A stretch of DNA of 64,000 nucleotides from NCBI GenBank assembly GCA_051418015.1, contig JBPRGF010000029.1, positions 32,001 to 96,000 on the forward strand, given 5' to 3'. The notes below the pieces were generated by a model. That model was not told where the DNA came from and ran no database searches. It saw nothing but the letters and a program-made list of their open reading frames with translations. Origin of the DNA: Candidatus Nitrospinota bacterium M3_3B_026. GTDB taxonomy: Bacteria > Nitrospinota_A > UBA7883 > JBPRGF01. A program made the position numbers and the translations under genes. Shown here piece after piece: positions 28,401 through 38,089 of the stretch; position 1 is the stretch's first letter, and every line of letters starts with the position of its first letter.

Positions 28401-29870
28401 TCATGTCCGCTGCGCGCTCATCAGGCTCACGAACAGTCTGTACAACGCCTTGTCGTAATCGTCAATAGCCTTGGATATGAGAGCCAGGGCGTCGAAGGGT
28501 TTGAGCGGCTTCTTATAAGCCCTTTTTGTCGTCAGGGCGTCGTATATGTCGATCAGGGCCGCTATCCTCCCGAAATGATGAACCTGCCCGCCGGAGAGGC
28601 CGTATGGATAGCCTGCTCCGGTCAGCTTCTCGTGATGCTGCAACAGTGGGATGAAGGCAAGGTCCGGTATGGCGGGGTTGTCCTTGAGCATCTCGTATCC
28701 CAGGACGACGTGGTCCTTGGCCGCCGTGTACTCCTCCGGCGTGAGCTTGCCGGGCTTGTTGATGATGCCGTGGGGAACGCGGCTTTTCCCTATGTCGTGG
28801 AGCATGGCCCCAAGGCCCAGCTCCCGCAGTTCTTTTGTATCTTTCACCCCGTCCGCGTGGGCCAGGGCGGTGGTCAGCGCGGCGACGTTGACGGAGTGGG
28901 TGTACGTGTCGTAGTCGTAGTCGCGCAGCTTCAAAAGACCGTAGAAGGTCTCCGAGTTGCGGATCACCAGGTCCGTGACGTCGGTCACAGTCTGCCTGGC
29001 CTTGCGCAAAAGCCTCTTGGACCTCGGATTCTTGGCGAGGTTCGCCACCAGCGCCCTGGAGTTTTCCCTCACTATCGCCACTCTCGCCCCTTCGTCCTTT
29101 TCCCTGTCCGAGCGCGCCGTGATGTAGGCCAGGTACGCCTTCCTGTCCGTGTTCCTGATGGCCGTCTCCAGCCCCTTGGTCATCCACCAGGCGCGCTTGC
29201 CCCCCTCGAGTCTTTCCCCCCTGGCCAGGGCAAGCGGCGTTCCGGTCTCGTGGCGGATGTATATGTCGAACCTGAACCTGTCCCCCGCGGCCAGGGCGAT
29301 GGGGTCTATGGAAAAATAATCCCTCTTTATACGAAGGTACTCGTTCGCCCTGACAGGATCCGTGAACAGACCGTCGTAACCCTTTCTTTTCTGCTCCTCC
29401 CGCTCCGCTTCCAGGGAGGCCTGGTACCGGTCGAACAGTTCCTTTTGCGCTTTGGGCACGTGGACGGAGCTGACGCCTGAGCCCCTGAAAAGATCCTCGG
29501 CCTCCTCGCTGTACGCCAGGCCCTTCTTCAGTATCAGCTCGACACTTGCGCCGCTTTTCCGGTAAATATCAACGGGGACCGGCCTGTCCACCCAGAACGC
29601 CGAGAGCGGCGCCTCGAAGGTCTCCTCGACGCCCAGGCCCACGGCCCGTTCGCCGCCAGGCCACTCCTGCTCCCTGCCGCTCGATACATCCGGCCCCTTC
29701 TCGGTGTCTATGAAGACGCTCTGGATGTCGTACTCCTTCAGCTTGGCGATGTCCTTCTCCGAGTCTATCCGGAACCGGCTCATGATCCAGGGGGAGGTCA
29801 GCCAGTCGCTGTCGACCTTTTCCACGAACATGCCGACCCTGACGTCGGAGGTCCTGATTTTTTTAATCAT
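28401..29870 (-). CDS. HD-GYP phosphodiesterase with N-terminal DUF3391-like domain
   Basis: 'MIKKIRTSDVRVGMFV…W', 'HSVNV', 'LHDIGK', 'HHEKLTGAGYPYGL', 'DIYDALTTKRAYK'. Confidence 0.9.
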   Translation of the reverse strand: MIKKIRTSDVRVGMFVEKVDSDWLTSPWIMSRFRIDSEKDIAKLKEYDIQSVFIDTEKGPDVSSGREQEWPGGERAVGLGVEETFEAPLSAFWVDRPVPVDIYRKSGASVELILKKGLAYSEEAEDLFRGSGVSSVHVPKAQKELFDRYQASLEAEREEQKRKGYDGLFTDPVRANEYLRIKRDYFSIDPIALAAGDRFRFDIYIRHETGTPLALARGERLEGGKRAWWMTKGLETAIRNTDRKAYLAYITARSDREKDEGARVAIVRENSRALVANLAKNPRSKRLLRKARQTVTDVTDLVIRNSETFYGLLKLRDYDYDTYTHSVNVAALTTALAHADGVKDTKELRELGLGAMLHDIGKSRVPHGIINKPGKLTPEEYTAAKDHVVLGYEMLKDNPAIPDLAFIPLLQHHEKLTGAGYPYGLSGGQVHHFGRIAALIDIYDALTTKRAYKKPLKPFDALALISKAIDDYDKALYRLFVSLMSAQRT

Positions 29871-30173
29871 ATCGACTGTCTCAAGCCGCGGGCGCTCCGG
29901 TGGGGACAGGCTTTCTCCCCACTGGCCGCTTTCATTGAAGACCGCTAAACATGCCTTATACAATATAATACAATACGTTTTTAAAGGTGGAATGTCCCCC
30001 GTCCGCGGCCGTCCAAAAGGCTGGCCCCGCGTGATCGACGCTCTCAGGCCGATCTTCCGCGGGGGGCATGGCGCACACGGCGGCGGTGTGGCGTTGACGC
30101 CCGCTCGCGCCCGCCTGAACGGAGCGCAAGCGGAGTGAAGGCTTAGCGGCGGGCACAGGCGGCCCGGAAAGGC

Positions 30174-30608
30174 TCAATCCCTGTAGAGGTCGTGGCAGCC
30201 GACGCAGACCTCGGCCATGATGTTCGCCTTCTGCTGCAGTTCCAGCATCGTCGCGATGCCAGCGGCGTCCGCTATCTCCTCCGAGGTCTCGCGGATCAGC
30301 TTCAGGCTCTCCGGGATCAGCGGCGCTATATCCTCCGCGTTCTTCCTGATGTAGGGGGCCACCCCGTCCGCGGGCATCTCGCTCCTTCCGATATCCTCGG
30401 CCGCGTGGCGGATCATGTCACGGTTGTTCGTGAATATCCCGAACTCGATCCGTGAGAAATGAAACGCCATGTCGTGCATGACGTCGATGAGATCCGGCGC
30501 AAGCCGCGTGGCCCCATGCCCGCGCCGTTTCGGCCCGTTTTCGGACTCCGCGCCCGGCGCTGCCGCGATGGCGAGAGCCGCGGCGATCAATACAGCCCGT
30601 TTCAGCAT
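30174..30608 (-). CDS. Class II (cytochrome c'-like) periplasmic cytochrome
   Basis: Signal peptide, helical body and a single C-terminal CxxCH (CVGCHDLYRD). Confidence 0.75.
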   Translation of the reverse strand: MLKRAVLIAAALAIAAAPGAESENGPKRRGHGATRLAPDLIDVMHDMAFHFSRIEFGIFTNNRDMIRHAAEDIGRSEMPADGVAPYIRKNAEDIAPLIPESLKLIRETSEEIADAAGIATMLELQQKANIMAEVCVGCHDLYRD

Positions 30609-30786
30609 AGCAGAATGCCTCCCCCGTTGATCCGGCGACTCGCATATTATACATAAACAGGCGCCTGTAAAGGAGCCCGGAGCGGAAAGCCGCCGCCGCG
30701 CCGCGGGCCGCGGAGAGGATTGTTGCCCGCCCGGCGGGCGCGTGGTGTATAATTCGATGTTGAATAGTTCGACCTTGATATATATT

Positions 30787-31269
30787 ATGGGAACTCACTA
30801 CGAAGGAACGAAAAAAGAGAAAAGGGCGCTCGACCTGTTTATCAAGCTTGCGAGGGCGTCGGAATCGGTGATGGCCGGGCCGGGGGCCGCCGCGCGCGCG
30901 GCGGGTCTTTCACCCAGCCAGTTCGGGGCGCTGGAGACGCTGTATCATCTGGGCCCCATGTGCCAGAGGGAGCTTGGACGCAAGATGCTCAAAAGCGGCG
31001 GGAACATAACCACGGTCGTTGACAACCTGGAGCGGCACGGCCTGGCCCGGCGCGAGCGGGACGCGGAGGACCGGCGTTACATCACGGTGCGCCTGACGCC
31101 GAAGGGCGAAAGACTCATCGTCCGCGTGTTCCCGAAGGTCCTCGCGGAGATCGTGGAGGAGACCGCCGCCCTCACCCCCGCCGAGCAGGAGGAGGCGTCG
31201 AGGCTTTTGAGAAAGCTCGGACACGGCGCGGCGCGGCGGCGCGGCTCCGGGGGTTTTCATCGGGGGTGA
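30787..31269 (+). CDS. MarR-family transcriptional regulator
   Basis: 'GLSPSQFGALETLYHLGPMCQRELG…GNITTVVDNLE…DRRYITVRLTPKG'. Confidence 0.92.
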   Translation: MGTHYEGTKKEKRALDLFIKLARASESVMAGPGAAARAAGLSPSQFGALETLYHLGPMCQRELGRKMLKSGGNITTVVDNLERHGLARRERDAEDRRYITVRLTPKGERLIVRVFPKVLAEIVEETAALTPAEQEEASRLLRKLGHGAARRRGSGGFHRG

Positions 31270-31307
31270 ATCTTTTTTATACTTTATGTTTTCAGAGAGG
31301 AGAGACC

Positions 31308-31544
31308 ATGAGCGAGCCCGTTATCGCGGACAAGAGTCCGAAAATGGTGGATCTTGAGCCGGGGACGTATTACTGGTGCGCCTGCGGCCGGTCGAAAAAC
31401 CAGCCCTATTGCGACGGATCGCACGCCGGGACGGACTTCACGCCCGTGGAGTTCTCCGTAGGAGAGAAAAAGGAGGCGGCGCTTTGCATGTGCAAACACA
31501 CCAAGACGCCGCCCTATTGCGACGGATCGCACACGAGCCTCTGA
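31308..31544 (+). CDS. Tandem CDGSH [2Fe-2S] protein
   Basis: 'WCACGRSKNQPYCDGSH' and 'LCMCKHTKTPPYCDGSH'. Confidence 0.93.
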   Translation: MSEPVIADKSPKMVDLEPGTYYWCACGRSKNQPYCDGSHAGTDFTPVEFSVGEKKEAALCMCKHTKTPPYCDGSHTSL

Positions 31545-31595
31545 TCGCCGGTGGGGATCGAGAGCGTCACAACCCAATTTTCGCAGGAGGTTTGC

Positions 31596-32210
31596 ATGGC
31601 CCGTTACCGTAACGCGCTGATTCTGTTCCTTGCCGCTTTTTTCCTTCCACTCCCCGCTCAGGCGGCGACCTACGACGTGGACCCCGCCCATACCAGGCTG
31701 GGTTTCGCCGTTAAGCACATGGTGATAAGCACGGTGCGCGGCGAATTCCAGAAATTCTCCGGAGTGTTCGAGATGAACGACGACGGAGCCCTCACGGGCG
31801 CCGAGGCGAGTGTCGACGTCGCCTCTCTCAACACCAGAGATGAAAAGAGGGACAATCACCTGAGGAGTCCGGACTTCTTCGACGTCGAGAAATTCCCGGA
31901 GATGAAGTTTGTCGCGAAGGAGATCACCCGAGATGGGAACGGGTACACCGTCAAGGGCGACCTGACCATAAAGGACGTGACAAGGACCATAACGCTGACC
32001 GGGGAGAAGCTCGGCGAGGCCGTCGACCCGTGGGGCGCCCACCGGGCCGGTTTTCACGCCGAGGGAAAGATAAACCGGAAGGATTTCAACGTCAATTTCC
32101 ACAAGCTGCTGGAGACCGGCGGCCTGGTGGTCGGCGACGAGGTGACCATCGAGCTTGACATCGAGGGGGTAAAACGGGGCACGCCGCCGAAAAAACAGGC
32201 GGCGAAGTAG
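31596..32210 (+). CDS. YceI-family polyisoprenoid-binding protein
   Basis: Signal peptide; 'DPAHTRLGFAVKHM', 'RDNHLRSPDFFDVEKFPEMKF', 'GDLTIKDVT', 'DPWG'. Confidence 0.92.
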   Translation: MARYRNALILFLAAFFLPLPAQAATYDVDPAHTRLGFAVKHMVISTVRGEFQKFSGVFEMNDDGALTGAEASVDVASLNTRDEKRDNHLRSPDFFDVEKFPEMKFVAKEITRDGNGYTVKGDLTIKDVTRTITLTGEKLGEAVDPWGAHRAGFHAEGKINRKDFNVNFHKLLETGGLVVGDEVTIELDIEGVKRGTPPKKQAAK

Positions 32211-32357
32211 CCCCCGGCTGTTCGCTGGGGATTTTTTGGCCTTATCCCTTCCGGGGAGAGGACAAAAATCTCATCCAAGGGACGGGGAACCCCGGCGCCG
32301 TAAGGCGTTTGGGGTTCTTCGCGCCTTTCGGGGCGCCATTGGCCGCGGGGCCGTTTT

Positions 32358-32543
32358 TCAGGCCAGGATATTGACCTTTCCGCCCGGCGGCGCCGGGGGG
32401 AGACCGTCGCGGGCGCTCTGGGCCAGGGCGGCCCTCTGAGGATCGCCGGAGTCGGTCTTCACATCCCTTATCATCGCGCCCCTGGGCTTCATGGGAACAT
32501 CGGGGTGCTTTCCCGTCAGGTTCGCTATGTCAACTGCCGACAT
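32358..32543 (-). CDS. Small protein with a YjfB-like C-terminal motif (…GGKVNILA)
   Basis: 61-aa ORF ending in G-x-x-V-N-I-x-A; sigma28-like promoter upstream (TTGAGTTT-N12-GCCGATCA, 32642-32615). Confidence 0.45.
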   Translation of the reverse strand: MSAVDIANLTGKHPDVPMKPRGAMIRDVKTDSGDPQRAALAQSARDGLPPAPPGGKVNILA

Positions 32544-32638
32544 TTTTTGACCCTATAAAATCAATGCCTGCGCGTCGCGGCGAAAACGGCCCTTTCGCTT
32601 CATCTTGATAAAGATGATCGGCGCCAGTCCCCGAAAAC

Positions 32639-33961
32639 TCAAGCGTTCGGCGCGGTCTCCCCCACGGGCTGCTGGTACGGGATGTAGGTCGTCGGCCCCT
32701 CGAAGTCCACGGCGACCCTCTCAAAACGCTCGCGGAAGGCGGCGGGGTCAAGGTTGGTCTGGGAGGCAAGGAGTTTTATGTACCCCTCGTCGGCGAAGTC
32801 CCGCTTGCGCAGGCGGATCATGTATTCCAGCGCCATCTCGTATGCCTCGGTGTGAATGTCCACCAGGCGGACCTTCGTCTTGCCCGTCTCCGGGTCCATG
32901 ATGCTGTAGAAGGGCATGGGGACGATCCGCCCGTCCTGGATCGTCACCATGTCGCCGGTGCCCCCCAGCAGGGCGTGCTTGGCCGCGGCGAAGCCCAGCT
33001 CCTTCGTGTACTCCATGTCGAAAGGCGTCGGCTCCACGCAGCGCAGCTCGTAGCCTATGTTCTTGTCCACGATGGTGGTTTTGATCCCCAGCTTCGCAAG
33101 CTCGGCCTTGACGGTGTTTTTCACCACCCTGCCGAGGTCTATCTCCGAAAGGCGCGGGTGGCCGTGCTCGTCGTACTCCAGGCTCCCCATCCGCTCAAGC
33201 TCCTGGTGGGTGAGCTTCTGGGCCAGCCCCTCGGCCAGTATGGCCACGCCGTAGGGCCTGCCCGCCGCCTTGCGCTTGATGATGGCGCCGATCAGCGTGT
33301 CCACCAGCCAGGAGAAGTCAAGATGCGGAGCGGAGCATTCCTCCGGGATCACAGTCAGCGTCGCCCCGGAGGGCTTGCCGATCCCGAGGGCCAGGTGGCC
33401 CGCCTTCCGGCCCATCGCCACCACGAAGTACCACCGCTGCGTCGTCTTGGCGTCGTTCATGATGTTCTTGACGATCCGCACGCCGAAGCTTCTGGCCGAG
33501 GCGAAGCCGAAGGTGCGGATGCCGTGGGGGAGGTTCAGGTCGTTGTCTATCGTCTTGGGGACGTGGATGACCTGGAGCCTGCCCGCGGCGGCCTTGGCCA
33601 CCTGGTGGGCGGAAAAGCAGGTGTCGTCCCCGCCGATGGTGATAAGGCAGTTGACGCCGAGCTTTTTGAGGGCGCCCACCACGGCATGGATGTCCTCGGC
33701 TCTCTTCGTGGGGTTGGCCCGCGAGGTGCGCAGGATGGAGCCCCCCTCGAAGTGGATCACGGATACGTCGTCTATCCCCAGTTCGCGGACCTGCGATACG
33801 TCGCCTTTCATCAGGTTTGCGAACCCGTCGTATATCCCCACCACGCCCGCGCCGTGGTTGCGCAGCTTTATGGTGGCGGCGCGGATGACGCTGTTTATCC
33901 CCGGCGCCGGGCCGCCGCCGACGAGTATCCCTACCTTTAAATTGGCGACAGCTTTTGGCAT
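32639..33961 (-). CDS. pfp: Pyrophosphate-dependent 6-phosphofructokinase
   Basis: 'GGGPAPGIN', 'GGDDT' and 'PKTIDND' (the Asp/Lys pair diagnostic of PPi use), 'MGRKAG', 'GYELRC'. Confidence 0.88.
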   Translation of the reverse strand: MPKAVANLKVGILVGGGPAPGINSVIRAATIKLRNHGAGVVGIYDGFANLMKGDVSQVRELGIDDVSVIHFEGGSILRTSRANPTKRAEDIHAVVGALKKLGVNCLITIGGDDTCFSAHQVAKAAAGRLQVIHVPKTIDNDLNLPHGIRTFGFASARSFGVRIVKNIMNDAKTTQRWYFVVAMGRKAGHLALGIGKPSGATLTVIPEECSAPHLDFSWLVDTLIGAIIKRKAAGRPYGVAILAEGLAQKLTHQELERMGSLEYDEHGHPRLSEIDLGRVVKNTVKAELAKLGIKTTIVDKNIGYELRCVEPTPFDMEYTKELGFAAAKHALLGGTGDMVTIQDGRIVPMPFYSIMDPETGKTKVRLVDIHTEAYEMALEYMIRLRKRDFADEGYIKLLASQTNLDPAAFRERFERVAVDFEGPTTYIPYQQPVGETAPNA

Positions 33962-34176
33962 GGTATGCGCTCTTTCAAAAACAAAACTCCGGATCGACTC
34001 TCTCAACCCAATATAAGGGAGAGGCTCCGGCGAATCAAAAAAAAGATCGCGGGCCGCTCCCGGCGCCCTGGAGAAGCGTAAATAATACTTTACCGTAAAG
34101 CAGGATTATATTATATTATCTGGAAGTGGTGAGAAGTCCAGAGGAAGACGTTTTTTCGGCGCGCAGGTGAGGTCTT

Positions 34177-35658
34177 ATGCGTGAGTCCATGAGCGGATCC
34201 GTTGAAAGGGGATCTTCTCGCCGGAGCGTCTTCAGGCGGCGGTGGTCCGTGGCCGCGGGAGACGGCAGGCTCTCGCCGATATGTTTCATGGGGCTCATCC
34301 TCGTCATAGCCTTCCTTGGCGAGTGGGTCATAATGAGCGTCCTGAACATGCCCGCCGTGAAGATGTCCGTTCTGCCTGAGGCGGCGGTGGATTCGTTCGT
34401 CCTCACGGCGTTTCTCTTCCCTGTTCTCTACTTTCTCAGCTACAGGCCGCTCACCCGCCAGATCGAGGAGAACCGGCTGGCCAGGGAGAGGATCCAGCTT
34501 TTATACGACGAGCTGGACCACACCCTGCGCAACCTCATGGAATCCTTCTCGGACCCCATGGTGGTGATCGACACCAGGGACTACACCGTCCCCCTGGCCA
34601 ACTCCGCCGCCAGGAGGCAGAGGGCCGGCGAGAGAAGCCGTTGCTACAACATGACCTGGGGTCTGGACGCCCCCTGCGACGTGATGGGCCTTTCCTGCCC
34701 GATCGAGACGATCAAACGGACGAAGGAGCCCGTGACCATGGAAGTCCGCCTGGACGGCGGCAGGTGGCGGGAGGTCCGCGCCTACCCGGTCCTGGGCGGC
34801 GGCGGGGAGGTGGAGAGGATCATCGAGTACATGTTCGACGTCTCGGAGCGCAAAGAGGCCGAGGAGGCGCAGAAACAGGCGAACAAGGAGCTGCGGAAGA
34901 CCGTCGGCGCCCTGGAGCGGGCCCGCGTCCAGCTGATACGGTCGGAGAAAATGGCCGCGCTGGGGGGGATCGCCGCCGGGGTCGCCCACGAGCTTAAGAA
35001 CCCGTTGAACATAATCTCCACCTCCGTCCAGCTTCTGAGCATGGAGGAGGGCATGCCGGAGGAGTTCCGCGACACGTGCAAGATGATCCAGGCGCAGGTG
35101 GGCCGCTGCGTCAAGATAATCGAGAACCTGCGGGACTTCGCCAGGAAGAAAAAACCCGAGATGACCGAGGTGGACCTTCATGATCTGCTGAACAAGACCG
35201 TCGAACTGCTGGAGTACGAGATGAAGGTGGAGAACATCAAGGTGGAGCGGCGCTTCAGCCCCGATCCGGTGTTCGTGGAGGGGGATGAGGACCAGCTGGC
35301 GCAGGTCTTTTTGAACCTGATCGGCAACGCCCGCGACGCCATGAAGGAGAGGCAGGAGGGCCGCTCCTACGATGAGCTTGCGAAGATGGACTGGACGGGC
35401 AGGCTCATCATCTCCACCAGCGTCGAGGACTCCGCGGCCCGCGTAAAGTTTCTGGACACCGGCGGCGGCGTCCCGGAGGAGGTGATTCGGAAAATCTTCG
35501 ACCCATTCTTCACCACCAAGGGCGAGGATAGGGGCACCGGCCTCGGGCTTGCCATATCGAAAGACATAGTGGAGAACCACCACGGCCGGATCGAGCTGGA
35601 AAACCACGAGGGAGAGGGGGCGTCGTTCAACGTCGTGCTCCCCACGAAGGCCGGTTGA
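34177..35658 (+). CDS. Membrane PAS sensor histidine kinase (orphan)
   Basis: Two TM segments, PAS, 'AHELKNPL', 'QVFLNLIGNA', 'DTGGG', 'FDPFFTTK…GTGLGL'. Confidence 0.92.
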   Translation: MRESMSGSVERGSSRRSVFRRRWSVAAGDGRLSPICFMGLILVIAFLGEWVIMSVLNMPAVKMSVLPEAAVDSFVLTAFLFPVLYFLSYRPLTRQIEENRLARERIQLLYDELDHTLRNLMESFSDPMVVIDTRDYTVPLANSAARRQRAGERSRCYNMTWGLDAPCDVMGLSCPIETIKRTKEPVTMEVRLDGGRWREVRAYPVLGGGGEVERIIEYMFDVSERKEAEEAQKQANKELRKTVGALERARVQLIRSEKMAALGGIAAGVAHELKNPLNIISTSVQLLSMEEGMPEEFRDTCKMIQAQVGRCVKIIENLRDFARKKKPEMTEVDLHDLLNKTVELLEYEMKVENIKVERRFSPDPVFVEGDEDQLAQVFLNLIGNARDAMKERQEGRSYDELAKMDWTGRLIISTSVEDSAARVKFLDTGGGVPEEVIRKIFDPFFTTKGEDRGTGLGLAISKDIVENHHGRIELENHEGEGASFNVVLPTKAG

Positions 35659-35716
35659 CGCGCCCCCCACGCCGTCATGTTCATCCGCGGCGGGGGATGG
35701 TAAAATCGGCTCTCCC

Positions 35717-35805
35717 GCCGGGATGGCGGAACTGGTATACGCAGGGGACTTAAAATCCCCCGGCGCCTTTGCGCCTTGCGGGTTCGAGTCCCGCTCCCGG
35801 CACCA
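35717..35805 (+). tRNA. tRNA-Leu(TAA)
   Basis: GCCGGGATGGCGGAACTGGTATACGCAGGGGACTTAAAATCCCC…GGTTCGAGTCCCGCTCCCGGCACCA. Confidence 0.95.
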
Positions 35806-35964
35806 GGTTTTTTTACACGCTTGAGCCCTGCCCTGAGGCGCCATGGGATACCCGTGGGCCCCAGCCCCCGGCCGCCCGGCCCGAGTTCCGAACGAGCGCT
35901 GCACCCCCTTCATCCCGGACGCCAAAGCGGCCTGGGCGCGCCTGAAAAGGGCAGGTTTTTCCCC

Positions 35965-36825
35965 TTACCCCGTAATGTCCAGCAACGAGCCGATGATCCC
36001 GGCCTGGCTCTGCTGGCCCTGCCTCAGGGCGCTGATCCCGGCGGCGCCGAGGGCCTGGTTTCTCGCGAAGGCTGACGTCTCCCGGGCGTAGTCCAGCCCG
36101 CGGATGGCGGTGTTGGCGGCGGCGAGGTTCTCCCTCTGGACTCCGAGGTTGGCGGCGGCGGCCTGGAGCCGGTTCTGGGTGGCGCCGATCCGCGCCCGCC
36201 GCTGGGTGACACGTTCTATCGCCGTGTCGAACTGGCTGAGGGCGTCTCTCGCTCCCGCCTGGGTGGATATGTCCACACCGGCGATCCCCAGGGCCGCGGC
36301 GTCGGTCGCCTCGACAACGTTCAGGTTTACCCTGTCCTCGGGGGTGTTCTGGATCCCCGCCTGGACCTCCACCTGCTCCACCGCGCCGGGGGCCAGGTCT
36401 CCGGCCAGCGGCTTCGTTCCGTTGAACTCGGTGACGTTCGTGATCCTGGTCACCTCCGCCTGTATGGACTCTATCTCGTTCTGGAGCAGCGCCCGCTGCT
36501 CATCGCCCACCGTGCCCGAGGCGGCCTGGATGGAAAGCTCCCGCCCCCGGGCCAGCAGGTCCGATATCTGCGTCAGGCCCCCCTCGGCGACCCGGAGCAT
36601 CCCCCCGGCGTCGGCGATGTTCCGCCCGGCCTGCTCGGCGGAGCGGATGTCGGCGATGAGCTGTTCGGATATGGCAAGCCCCGCCGCGTCGTCCGCGGCC
36701 CGGTTGATCCTCATCCCCGAGGCGAGACGGGAAAGGTTCTGCCCGATCCTGTTCTGGGCGTCGCCTATGTGGCGTATCCCGATCAGGGCGGACTGGCTGC
36801 CGGCGTTCAAGGGCTGGATAGGCAT
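35965..36825 (-). CDS. Flagellin-like protein (atypical termini)
   Basis: 'RLASGMRINRAADDAAGLAISE', 'TEFNG', 'RARIGATQNRL…ENLAAANTAIRGLDYARE'. Confidence 0.88.
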   Translation of the reverse strand: MPIQPLNAGSQSALIGIRHIGDAQNRIGQNLSRLASGMRINRAADDAAGLAISEQLIADIRSAEQAGRNIADAGGMLRVAEGGLTQISDLLARGRELSIQAASGTVGDEQRALLQNEIESIQAEVTRITNVTEFNGTKPLAGDLAPGAVEQVEVQAGIQNTPEDRVNLNVVEATDAAALGIAGVDISTQAGARDALSQFDTAIERVTQRRARIGATQNRLQAAAANLGVQRENLAAANTAIRGLDYARETSAFARNQALGAAGISALRQGQQSQAGIIGSLLDITG

Positions 36826-36886
36826 TTTTTGTGTTCTCCGGGGCGCCTCTTTCCTGTATACAAACTACTCCCGGGGGAGAATATTG

Positions 36887-37471
36887 TCAATCGACAGATG
36901 TCCGGTCCCGCAACGGCGGGGGATCCCAGTTGACGAAGGACCATTCCGCGTCTTCCATGGACGGGTCGATCAGTCCTACGTTCATCGGAAAACCCTCCTT
37001 TATCCCCGCGATCTTGAGGCTGAACTCGAGCTTTTTGTGTTTGCCGTAACACTTGCCCCAGCAGGCCTTGATCCGCCACATGTCACGCCCGGTATAGTCC
37101 GGGTAGCCATATTTTTTGACCAGCGCCATGAAGAGGGGGTAAGGGTCCGGCGTGTTCTTGAACACCCTGTATCTCAGGACGTGGAAAAGCCGCGTCTCGC
37201 CCTTTTCATCTCCGGCGAACCTCAGGACAAGCCTGCCCGGAAAAGCCATCAGACCGATGATCCGTCCGTCCGCGACCTTCGCCTCCTCCAGCTCCAGATC
37301 AGGTATTTTTCGCCGGACCTCGCCGACGGTCATGCCCAGCGTGAGGCCGTTGATGGCGAACTTCGAGACGTCGCTTTCGGCGAAAGCCGGTCCGCAAAGC
37401 ATGACAGCCATGACCGAAAGCGAACAGACAAACCTTTGAAGTAGATGAGACAAAACAGGAATCCCCCCCAT
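36887..37471 (-). CDS. Hypothetical exported protein
   Basis: Signal peptide ending in AFA; 'INGLTLGMT' motif; no family recognised. Confidence 0.55.
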   Translation of the reverse strand: MGGIPVLSHLLQRFVCSLSVMAVMLCGPAFAESDVSKFAINGLTLGMTVGEVRRKIPDLELEEAKVADGRIIGLMAFPGRLVLRFAGDEKGETRLFHVLRYRVFKNTPDPYPLFMALVKKYGYPDYTGRDMWRIKACWGKCYGKHKKLEFSLKIAGIKEGFPMNVGLIDPSMEDAEWSFVNWDPPPLRDRTSVD

Positions 37472-37515
37472 CTTTAAAGCCCGGCCCCCTGGAAAGGCGC
37501 GGGAAAGATATTTTT

Positions 37516-37592
37516 TGGCGCGCCCGGAGGGATTCGAACCCCCGACACACGGATCCGAAGTCCGTTGCTCTATCCAGCTGAGCTACGGGCGC
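37516..37592 (-). tRNA. tRNA-Arg(TCG)
   Basis: GCGCCCGTAGCTCAGCTGGATAGAGCAACGGACTTCGGATCCGT…GGTTCGAATCCCTCCGGGCGCGCCA; anticodon loop CT-TCG-GA. Confidence 0.93.
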
Positions 37593-37636
37593 CCTGCGCG
37601 GCGTTTGCGCGCCATGATGACGGCTCTTCGCCGGGA

Positions 37637-38089
37637 TCAGGCCCCGGCCGCGGGTGAAGAACCCGGACTCTCCGTTTTCCCCCCGATCTCGGCGGTCTGC
37701 GGCCGGTCGCCCTTTTTAAGCACCAGCGGCCTGACCTTTCCCTCTTCGCGTTTTATCATGGAGACGGAGCCCTCCAGCAGCGCCCCGTCCTCGATATTCA
37801 GCGACGGCGTGACGACGTTGCCGATGAGGCGTCCTTTGCTGGTGATGCTGACCTTTTTCTCCGCGGTGACGTCGCCCTCAAGCCTTCCCTGGACCATCAG
37901 CGTCCCCACCTTTATCTGGGCTTTCACCTCGGCGTTTTCGCCGATGATGAGGTTGTCCTTGGTCACGACCTCGCCTTCGAACTTGCCGTCTATGCGGACG
38001 GTACCCTCAAACGAAAGGAGGCCCTTGAACTCCGTCTCGTCGCCCAGAAAGGCTTTTATGACGTCTTTTTCCATCGCGCTGCGAGCCAT
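37637..38089 (-). CDS. Bactofilin (polymer-forming cytoskeletal protein)
   Basis: '[28 protein letters not shown]…[11 protein letters not shown]…[18 protein letters not shown]'. Confidence 0.92.
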   Translation of the reverse strand: MARSAMEKDVIKAFLGDETEFKGLLSFEGTVRIDGKFEGEVVTKDNLIIGENAEVKAQIKVGTLMVQGRLEGDVTAEKKVSITSKGRLIGNVVTPSLNIEDGALLEGSVSMIKREEGKVRPLVLKKGDRPQTAEIGGKTESPGSSPAAGA

